Assembly: GCA_964057225.1 (NCBI GenBank)
Contig: OZ059898.1
Span: 8,246,001 to 8,310,000, forward strand
Length of the DNA: 64,000 nt
Direction of reading: 5' to 3'
Origin: Auanema rhodensis
Taxonomy: Eukaryota > Animalia > Nematoda
In this document: piece after piece, positions 52,701 through 63,875 of the stretch
How the letters are laid out: each line of letters opens with the position of its first letter
Position numbering within the stretch: position 1 is the stretch's first letter
Notes under the pieces: generated by a model
Seen by the model: the letters and a program-made list of their open reading frames with translations, nothing else
Database searches by the model: none
What the model was told of the DNA's origin: nothing
Translations under genes and position numbers: made by a program

Positions 52701-55700
52701 TATTTTTTTCAAGCCTTGTATTGATATTCTAATTTTATTGATAATATATCTAAATATTTTATATAATTAATATATTTAGTTAACTATATGTCATATGAAT
52801 ATTTTCTAAAACCTTTTGGACGACTCTTCTTTAACTCTCAAACTTTTTCTAGATAAACTCATTAACATTCTATATTTCTTTCCTCAAGTTACTATTTAAC
52901 TTAAAAAAACAACATAAAAGAGATGATTATAAAAACAAAACAAAAAAGAAAAGTTTTTTATTCAAAAATTCCAATATGTTCCCATTTCTAACTCTAAGCA
53001 CCTGTTTCAGAATCGAACGAATGGCAGCTGGACCAGCTTCTGGAGGAGCTGTCAGCTCTAGAAACACAGCTGAATTCTTCAACTGGAGATCAGCTATTGC
53101 TTGGAATTCCGACTTTACCTCAGGCAACGTCCGGAGTTATTACCAAGCAATCAAACCTTCCACCGACGACAAACCATATGAGCACAGACTCTGCCAGGGT
53201 ACGTTTCATTATCACTACAACAGTTTTTTTTTTCGGAAATTCTTTGATGGGTTTTGAGACGTTTTTTTGAATATTCACGACCTTCAAACTGATTGATGAG
53301 TCTTCGCGCCTAGTACTCATCTAATTATTCTCTGATTCCTATTTCTTACCTAATTACTTACAAATTTATAAAATGATTCTGTCTTAAAATAAGGATTGGC
53401 CTCGAAAAAGGAGCCAAGCATCCTTATGTGACCTGTAACCTCATCCCACAGGCTACAAAGCTCCTTCAATCTCATCATCATAATTGCTTTTTTGGAGAGG
53501 AAAGAAAAACAGTTATTTTGCTGATCATTGACAGACGGCCCAGAAGGATGATGAAGACGAGGGTCATTATCATCTTCGTCAGCATCAATGCTTCTGGCAA
53601 GATGAGCTTATGGTGTACTCACATATCATGTTATATGTTGCTGAAAGAGTAAGAGTTGTGTTCAGAGCTGCTTGCCACTCTTTCTTTCTATATATCTATC
53701 TGTCTCTCTTAACCCCTCTTTTGTTTAGGGTTCACTATTTGTTTCCTTAGTCTGTAAAAGGGTGTCTGTCCTTCCAGCTTAAGCTCTAAGGCTGTACTGG
53801 ATTCAGGTCCGTATGTGTTGAGGCTTATTATCTGGTCAGCAGCTAATCTCATAATACGGTTCTGGAGAATCGCTGGAGCAAGAATATCTCTCATTCATCT
53901 TCTCAATCTCTGCGTTCTCTCGAAATACTCAACTGTCTTGCTTTACTTCGTCTTATGGCATCGTGATTCAGATGAGGAAATCCGAATTGAATTCAGCCTT
54001 AGCATCACTACAAGCCTGATGATGATCAGTGTAAATGTCTTCATTCGGCAAGATTTTCTTTAATTTCCTCAATTCTATTGAACTTGAGTTCAATTATGCG
54101 TACATCAAGTAATAATTTTTCTTTGAAAAAAAGAAAATAAAGACGATGTAAAAAGTTTTCAAAATATTTATTAATCTCATATATCATTATGTTATTTTAT
54201 AATATAATCTAATAATTTTGATTATTAATTGACATTTACTGATCATATCCAGATATGAGTAGAGATTGAACTATAAGATGACATGGGAACCATACTTCTC
54301 TAGGTCAATCTCTCAAGTATGTATGTCAGAAAAAGTAAACACACAATGCAAAAAACTAAGACTCTAAGGTTGTAATAGGCTTGTAACCTCAGCTATTTTT
54401 TGCTATTTTCTCTGGCGATCTCTTCAGTTTTCGGAATATTTTCTTTTGTGATCTTGTTCGGGCTCTCATCTCTCAGCCATATCCTGTAAACTCTTTAACA
54501 CCTCTATCGTGACCTATAGAAACATTAGTTCAAGGGGGGTTTTTGGTTTATATTTTGACCATACAAATGGATTTAATGGTTTGTTATATGATGGGAATTA
54601 GCAATATGAATATTCGCTAAATTAATCTTTTAAAATGGCAATGAAATTGATATTAGTTGGAAGTTAACCTACATATCATTTGGCTGAAGGTGTTGAAATT
54701 GAAAAGAGAGAAAGAGGACAGTTTTTTTCTTTTGTTTGAAATTAAAAAAAAATTATACTATATAGATATATGTATAATGATATTTCTATAAAATAGTATA
54801 AATATGAGATGAAGGCAGTAGAAGAGAGGTACTTATCGTTTGTGGATCTATATAAATTCTTCTGGTTCGCTTGTCTGTCCATCATGTTAACGTTTTCATC
54901 GTTAACCCTCGAACTTGAATATCGAGGAATACTGGTTAGTCGGACAGAGACAATTCACACAGACAGTACATATAAATTATCTAGATAGTATAGTTAATGA
55001 TGAGATATATGTATGTAGAAGTGTAGTGTGACGAGTAATCGTCTGACTGATAAATCCGACTGATGAAGACATGTGGACCATTGAGTTTTGGCCTTGTATG
55101 GACTTGCCACGCTAATCTGTACCTTGTCTACTCAATCTATCTATCTATATATATATAGATAGTGTATACTATATAGATAAATGTACTATGTGGATCTTCT
55201 TTGAATGAAAACAGAGGAAATTGAGATTAAATATGATGTAAAAGAAGATTTAATCGATGAAATTCAACCGCTATATCAACGTCAATATAAACAAAATAAA
55301 TCAAATAGCTTGATTTTTACTTTTTTTTTTACGTAAATTCATGTTATTTGAATTTTTTGTTTTCAATGTTGTACGTGTGAATAGATATTCATCACATCAC
55401 ATACAATGCGCAAATTAATTTGTTCATTTCACAAAGAAAGTTCGAAGAAAGAGTGAAGAAAAGAGAAGAAAAAATGTTTTTTTCTGCTCTTAACCTCGAA
55501 AATACAATAAAGGAAATGAAAACTAAACAAGTAGTGATCTTAGTTTGTACAGTTTTCTATAGTATTTTGACTGCAAAGTCATTAGGTAATGTTGGTTATT
55601 TCATTTTGTCTTTTGCATCCATCATCCTCTCTTACAATCCAACTAATCTGTTAGATCGTTTGACCGTTTATGGTAATAAACTGGATGATTTTCCGAAAAT

Positions 55701-58700
55701 CGTTTTGAGAGTCTCATGGACAGGCAAATAGTCAAAACATATGCATATGTATTGACTATATATGAATAGATAGTTATAGAGATTGCTTTAGGGGTAAGAA
55801 TATTTAACACATCCTCATCAACCAGTACCATAGTATTGCATTACATGTCCTTCGTTGCTCTTCTGGAGGCCATTGAGTAACAATTGAATGATGAACCTGT
55901 TGACGTTGCCATTAAAGAACAATACTGAAGCAATTAGTTATAATAGTATTTAGCACTCAACATGTTAATTGTCGTTGAATAGAATAAGTTAACAGGATGA
56001 CCGCTGATACAATAAATGTGGGAAATGATGTTGTTGTTGATGATGATGATGATGATCTAACCCTAATTTGCATTAAAATATTCCTCATAATCGTTTCATC
56101 ACAAAGAATTTATTTTATTTCATCAAATATTTATGGGATTCTTCTATATTTTCTGTGTTTCAGATTGGTAATGGTCCAACTCTCACGTCGTCCTGCTCAT
56201 CTCCAGATGGTGATTCTGCTTTTGGTGACAGTTCTTCTACTGAATCAAGGTAATATCATGCTTCTTCTGTATAGTAACAACTTGTTTTTAGGAATCGAAA
56301 TAGTGCTTTCTCATCTTCGAACGACAGCTGTCGTGATTCCCTACATACTCCTAGCCCAACCCAGGTACAGTTAATACAACACATTGTGTTAAACAAACCT
56401 CTTTCTTCGAAGCAATCGAAACGAGGTGGAAAAGCAAAAGGGGGGGGACGGAATTTTTCGTTGAAGGACTAATTAATTATTTTGTATTGTTCTCTTGTGT
56501 AAATCTAATTGCTAACATGAGATTACTGTATGCCATCCATCTGTGGATATATTGAAACAGTTTTTACTCCTCACATACCGACTCATATGACGCAATGACG
56601 TCATACAGTGAGGTATTGAGGAAGTATAGGAGGTAACAGAGATTCATGAGTGCTTCTTATTTATATAACAGATGGGAGGAAGTTCTGGATGTTTCTTTAA
56701 CTATGTATTCAACATAGTTAAAGACAAAGAAAAAGAAAGAGGGAGAGAGAGAGATAGTAAGGCTATTATCATACTTCATGTATAAAGAAAAAAATTGGAG
56801 GGAAGTTAGGAGAGATAATGTGAATATAAGAGAACTGTTAGAGACAGAAGCAATATAGAAATAGTTCTATATGGGCCTTAAAGAAGTAGAGAATGAGACA
56901 GAAGGTCTCTACAGAAGGCCAGGAGGCAAAGGCTGTGTAGGTATAGGTTAGAACATCGAAAAGAAGACAAAAGAGGCTGAACAGCTGGTGTTGTCATTTG
57001 CTTTTAGTAGGACATATACGTGTATATTCACAGACTCTTACTTAAACTAACCACATACAGCTTGCAGACCTCTCACTACTTGTCCTACATCCATAATTTC
57101 TTTTCAAAAAAGAAAATGTTTGAAAGAAATTGTTTTGAATATTTATGTTGAAGATTCAATTGAAAACTAGAAAATTACAAATACTGTAATCCGATGAAGA
57201 TAAAATATAGATTAGTAAAGAAATATTGAAATCTTACTATTTCAAGTCAATTAAAGATATTTTTCGAATTAAAAACATATTTTGGCATTTGAAATCGTAT
57301 TTTAACGATTCAATGTACTTAATCTTTCTTAGAATATACTATATTATCTACAGTATATATATATATGTATATATTTAAAAGAAAGAATGTTAGAAAGGAT
57401 AGATAGAAAAATAGAAAAAAAGGCTAACTACAAGAACAAATGAGATGTAGCTGTTGTCACCTTGTTTCAAAAAGATTTTTTTGTACAATTTGACAACGAA
57501 TCTAATGTTGTAATGAAAGAAAGAGAAAGGATAAATAATTAAGACAAGTGATTTATCAGCTGTTTTACAATATATTTTCTCTTTTTTTTAATTTTTTTTA
57601 CAACTTTTAATCTTGTGTCTGCCATACTTAGAAACTTATGATGAAGTAGTTTGTAATGAATAGTTCAGACATTAGATTGAGTAGATGAAACATGTCACCA
57701 AAGTAATATTTTATATAAATTATATTAGAATAGTTAATATTGATTTATATAAAAAAAAAAGAAGAAAATTCCTAGTTAATAAGAATGTTGATCATATAAC
57801 ATTTACATTTGAAATTCAGAAGACAATTGAAAAGCAATGTTTTTTTCTGTAAATCTCAAATGTTTCTGATTCACAGTATTAGTATTCATAAAAGGAAAAA
57901 TCATTTCTGATTCATCCAGCTTTGATTCATCATTCATGTTTCATGTTATGCGTACCATTGAGATACAGGTACCGTTAAGATCCTTTCCCTCTCTTTCTCT
58001 GTCTTTCTCTCTTATAAGAGAATACAGAAAGAAGTTGTATGAGGATGTCATAACAAAAAAAAAAGAAGTTTTTTTTCTTTTTCAAATGAACATGGGATAA
58101 GTAAGATATGTGAGGAACAGACTATTTCATTCATCTTTCAACCACTTTTTTCATTTCCACACAATACTCAATTTCTATTGTTTCTTTTAAAATACATACA
58201 TATAGTGTTGAATAGAGTTAAATATTTTCTTTTCTTTTACCTATTCCACAATATTTTCCATACAAATCGTCATATGAGATCTTTTGATGACAGCTGGCTT
58301 ATATATCATATAATAGACGATTTCCGTTTATGGTCTGCCGGAAAGCTTTGTGAGATGAATCAGACTAGCTATTTACTATTAAAGCATTGGAACTGATACC
58401 GCTTTTGATACTCATATAAAGGAAATATACTGATTGAATTTCATTTAAAATTAAAATTAATATTCATATGAAGTTATGATGATCAAAATCTTTTTTGAGT
58501 ATATTTTCCAGTTATTAATGTATTAATAACTATAACATGATGCTTCATTTATGTTTTTTTCTCTTGTTGTTGTCCTTATTATACTTCCGTAATTTCTTGT
58601 CATTGAAAGCAATCTAAAGCCACTAATCAACAGATTAACTTCACTTAGATATCTATCTGCTTAGATGATTATGTGTGTTCTTTTGACATACCCTGTTATT

Positions 58701-59615
58701 CCGTATTTGGCAATCTGTCGAAGCGGCAAACATCAAAGCTTCAAACTACGTGCCACAGCAGGCGCATTCGCTAGACGGCGGCATCTGAGCCATCCGGTTA
58801 AGCGACGTGTTGGAAGCGGCTTTCGTCAGATTCTTCTGCTCTTGCTCTCGGTAGAGGTTAAGATGTAATTGAGAAGGAAAACAGGGAAATGGTGTAGGGG
58901 GGGGGGGGAGTGAATATATGTTTGAAGCGGAATGGTTTGAGCTGACGTCATATTTAGCTTGATAGGCTAATGTTGCGAACAGTAAAGCATTGCCGGTAAA
59001 AGTAAAAGCTTGATCGTTTAAGTTATATAAACGATCCATCAAATAGTCAATGTGTTTACATTGTTTGTGCCGCTTTGCCTAAGGCAATTTCGTATAGAAT
59101 GATATCAATTGTTCTTTAATATCAATTACTTTTATCGGCAATTCTTTGATCTAAATGATCTGTAATACTGACATTAAGAATAATAATAATAATAATATAA
59201 ATAAAATAATATCATTTGGTTAAATAAGGAATTAAAAATAGAATCTTATCAATTTTATTTTAACGGTATTTTAAATTTTCACGTGTATCACGTATCATTC
59301 ATTTACTATTAATTGAGTTGACGCCCTTAAACGGCTGTTGAATGATAGAAAAATATGAAGAAGAAGCATATTTTCAGCATTATTTCATATTTTCTATTTG
59401 ATTATTATAATAATAATAATTATATTTATTATTATTTAAATAATAGAAACTAATACTAAAATAATGTCTAATTTCATGACTATTTCATTACTGTATATGT
59501 TATATAATAATAATTATTATTAATTTTTAATATCAATATAGCTTATACAATATATATATATTTTTTATATAAAAAGAATAATGAAAATTACCTAATTCAT
59601 TCATTATGTTTCAAT

Positions 59616-59646
<31 letters not shown>

Positions 59647-62600
59647 CTCTCTCTTTCTCTTAATTTTACTTATATGTATATACATAAATGTATAAATGTA
59701 ATGCATATGGATAAGCTATAGGTTATAGACTCTTGAGATATTATACGGTTATATAATATAAATTTTCAAGAGATTATAATATATATATATATATAGTATA
59801 TAGTATATAGTTAAATAAAACATATATGTATTTAAGTAAAGACTTATAGGGTGACAGGTTTTACAACCTATTTTGATCTAAGCTGATCAAGCTGTTGTTA
59901 ATAATAAGCTTATCGTCTAAAACTTGTCCCAAAAAAAAAACATAATGTTATTGACCTATATGCTTAAGATTTATTTTTGTTTTTATTTATGTTTACAACA
60001 ATAACAAGAAAAAAGAAATTATTAATTAGATTTTCATGTACGGTTGATTTAACAACAAAACCCTTACCGATTGAGGAATAAAAGTGAAATGAAGGAGATT
60101 GAAGGCTGACCTTTTGTCACAGAAAACCCCTAAAGAAATAGGAGAGAGATTACATAAAACAAGGAGATTTATAGAGAATAAGAGGTTAGATTTATGCTGT
60201 CAACGTAGTTCTCAAGTCGGCTTGGCTCAATTGCCTTATTGCGTAGTCATTACCATAATCAAATGTTTGGACATCTGTCTATACGATACAATATAGTTAA
60301 AAGAATTAACTATACCTTATTATTGAAAAAATATAAAAAATCATATAATAAAAGGTAAAATGATAGAATATTTGAATAAAACTATATGAATATAATAGTT
60401 ATCGTTATGAAAATGACAATAACTGATTTCTATTCATTTCACTTAATTCAACAAAAAAAAAGAAGAAAAAATTTTACTTTAATGGTTATGATTGTTATTA
60501 AAATCAAAACTCATTGTACTTGTATTCTAAGGGTGTCAAAACCAATCATTCTTTATGGCTTGATGACGTCAAGTTTTGAAATATCATGAAACATTGTGAC
60601 TTGTTGACTTATTCACATTATACTTCGTCTGTTAACCTTCAGAAAGATGAAATTTTAAATTTATTCAATAACTATTAATATTATTAAACTATATTGAATA
60701 ATTAGAAATCTTCAATATGTCAAGATTGTTATTCTGACAAAAGGTTCTCACGATTTTCGGATTCTTTCCGGACGAGTCACAATTCTCTACAGGTTGCATT
60801 CACATTTCAATGATTTCAATACATGAAATCACAGTACGATGTCAATTCATTTGGTTGTATGAAATGCAAATTGACAACGATCAAACATGAAAAAAACATT
60901 TTTTTGTTTGAATTTCCGGATATCTTAACACAGATTTCGGATGTATCCATCACTTTGTCGACACAAGTATACCGGTTATATAGTATTTTCAATTGGCAAT
61001 AACTATTTTTTCCATTAAAACAGCATGAAATAAACAATTTACAAGATGAGTTAGAAATTTGAAAATAGTATGTATATGTGAATATTCTAACAAATATTCT
61101 TCTTCTTCAAAAAAAAATTTAATTTTAAACAAATGGTTTATATAAATTTATTTATTTCAGATATCACCTAGATCAACTGAATTATCACCAGAAGAGATAA
61201 AAGCTGCTAAAATCAAGCAAGCATTAGAAAAGATGAAAGAAGCTAAAGTCACAAGAATATTTGTTAAATTTTTCGTTGAAGATGGAGCACCTCTTCAGAT
61301 GTTAGTTGATGAACGATGGACAGTTTCAGAGGTAAAACATAGATTAGAATTACAAATATAAAATATTTTCTTTTAAGACAATGAAACAATTAGCTGAAAA
61401 ACATCAAATAACATTATCTGAAGATCAATGTATTGTTGAAGAATATCCAGATCTTTATATACGTAAGTTATAATTATATTTTAAATTATAATATATATAT
61501 TGTTTGTAGGTCGTATATATGAAGATCATGAAAATTTGGTTGAAAATATACAAATGTGGCTACAAGATTCTCCAAATAAGCTTTATTTCATTCGTCGTCC
61601 AGATAAATATCCATTTATTGGTAAAATTAGTTGAAATTTATTTTCATTTCATATTCAAATACTGTTGTAGATCGCCCAGAACTTTACTTAGTCACAGAAA
61701 AAACTACTGACATTGAAGTTCCTCAAGGAACTACATGGACACGTGATGTGAAACAACAGTTTGTTGAAGATTTCTTCAATCGCGAGACTGTTGTTCCTCC
61801 TGAAATGGATGGATTCCTATATCTGAAAGCTGATGGTAGAAAAAGTTGGAAGAAATACTATTTTGTGTTGAGACCAAGTGGATTATACTATGCTCCAAAA
61901 GGCAAAAAAGCTGTGTAAGTGAAATTAAAAATGAAATACAATACTAGTATATATGTTATAGATCTTCAAAAGATTTACAATGTCTAATGAATTTACATTC
62001 AAATCAAGTTTATTCTGGAATTAACTGGTCCAAGAAATATAAAGCACCAACTGATTATTGTATTTCAATTAAGGTAATTATTTGATTTATTATAATATTA
62101 TTTATTATATTATTATAGTTAACACAATTACAAGTTAAACGATCACAATATATCAAATATATTTGTTGTGATGATGAGCCAACTTTCCGAAAATGGATTG
62201 TTGCTCTTCGGATAGCTAAGAATGGAGCTGCTATCTATCGCAACTATGAAGCTGCTTGTGAGATACGTCGTAATGCTTTGAACTCTGCTCCAATTCGTAA
62301 TAATACTCTATCTCGAATGGAATGCTCATCATCGGTTCATGATAACTTGAGTGTGAATACTACTGGACATCATCAACCAAGTTCTTGCACATCCAGCCAG
62401 CATGACCTTCGTATTCTTGCCAATAACAAGAATATGCCATCTCCATCACAAATAAGTCGTCTTAGTCAGATGACTACAATCAGTGATCGAAGTGTTGCTC
62501 AATCAACTGCATTTGATGTTTATCCTGGAGCTAACAGCTCAACTGCTGGTAGCTGCTTGAATCTTCGCGATCAATCCCTATCTTCCCTTCGGTTTGATGA

Positions 62601-63093
62601 GCAGCCGACCGGCACCATCAAGCGAGCTCCTTTGGATGTGATCCGCCGAATGAGCCAAAGCTCTTCGAATGATCGCGGAAGCACAGTTGGTACTCCAGAC
62701 GATGACTCTGATGAAGATTTCCCTGCTCCACCTCCTGTATCAGTTCAAATGCACAACATCAGCCGTACCACAACGCCGACTCAAGTAAGCTTTTCATTAT
62801 CTCAAACCGTTCTCACGCAATCCTTCTTTCAGAATGGCGTATATCCACCAACAGCTCCACCAAAGCCTGCATACCAGAAGCCCAGCGCTCCACCAACACC
62901 CGTACGACAAACACCTGTCCCAGCCCCATCTCCAAGTCCAGGAGCAACAACGCCGAAAAAAGTTCCACCACCGCCACCGAAACGTTCTGATGCCACCCGC
63001 ATCCTAACATCAGCGGCCGCCGTCACACCGCACATGAACGATCTAGAAGCAGCTCTAGCTCGACGACGCGAAAAACTTGCTCAGCAGGTCTGA
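23087..63093 (+). CDS. mig-10: MIG-10/Lamellipodin/RIAM (MRL) RA-PH adaptor protein, about 861 aa
   Basis: Phase-consistent exons: 23087-23190, 35070-35358, 50040-50235, 53011-53198, 56164-56249, 56292-56364, 61161-61331, 61378-61462, 61510-61620, 61671-61914, 61962-62073, 62119-62784, 62833-63093. Motifs: RPQVPPKP; [17 protein letters not shown]; [12 protein letters not shown]; RA domain (FVKFFVEDG...[11 protein letters not shown]); PH domain ([27 protein letters not shown]...WIVALRIAK); FPAPPP; PPPPPKR. The first two exons are less certain than the rest. Confidence 0.92.
30574..30622 (+). repeat. (TC)n microsatellite
   Basis: About 24 TC units. Confidence 0.95.
34654..34680 (+). repeat. 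(TA)n microsatellite
   Basis: About 13 TA units. Confidence 0.9.
40190..40215 (+). repeat. (GA)n microsatellite
   Basis: Imperfect GA run. Confidence 0.85.
47375..47432 (+). repeat. (TC)n microsatellite
   Basis: Interrupted TC run; it produces the RERERE ORF on the minus strand. Confidence 0.95.
49649..49698 (+). repeat. (TC)n microsatellite
   Basis: About 25 perfect TC units. Confidence 0.95.
59616..59642 (+). repeat. (TC)n microsatellite
   Basis: About 13 TC units. Confidence 0.9.
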
Positions 63094-63869
63094 GCAAGTA
63101 TTATATAGCTTTATGAATGTCTTATTTTACGATAATGTAATCGAAATTATTACAATTCATGAGCTTGTATGATTAGTTTGTTGATTTATATCTTTCCAAA
63201 TTCTCACATTCATTCATTACGTCACTCTCACTCATACATACATATATCGTTGTCGTCTATTCAAGTTGTTAATCGGTCTTCTTGCTCAATTTTACGGTAT
63301 CAGAATCGCTCCAGGATCTCTTGTTTGTAATCCTTCTTCTGGAGATTCGAGGCCGTATTTCATTGTCGTTCTAAGTCATGTGCCCGCTTATTTCTAAGAA
63401 ATAGTATATAAAATATATATAAATATAAATATATTATGTATAATTTTTATCATTTTTATTATTATTTCTTTATAATATTATGACTTAATGTTCTTAACCA
63501 TCCATGTCAAATGAGATACATTGTTCTTGTGACCGGTGTTTAGTCCCCTTCCCCCTTCTCCCTCCTTTAACTAATCGGATCCTTTTTTCATGCTTCAACA
63601 AACAAAACCTGACAGTTCATCAACCATCATCAGTTAGCTTAATAACAAAACTTTCTTTGTCTTCATCCATTTTTTTCTTTAAATTTCCATTCGAATCAGT
63701 CTTAATCTATTCGTCGTATTATCACGTGTTCCATTTCAAAATCACCATTTAGGTCCTTATATTGTTCTTCAATGTTGTCGTTTTCATTACTGTTCTCTAT
63801 ACATAATAGCTATACAATACTATATTCTATAGATTTATTAAAAATTTTATAATTCTTTTATGAAAAATT

Positions 63870-63875
63870 AATAAA
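63870..63875 (+). terminator. Candidate mig-10 polyadenylation signal
   Basis: AATAAA about 780 nt after the stop codon. Confidence 0.4.

Noticed and set aside
21472-60589. Dozens of F/L/S/I-rich ORFs in mig-10 introns (for example 31209-31718, 32819-33358, 35234-35767, 44136-44642, 51469-51891)
   Set aside because: Pyrimidine-rich sequence is poor in stop codons; no motifs or exon phasing. ORFs 35234, 52976 and 55997 overlap true exons in the wrong frame.
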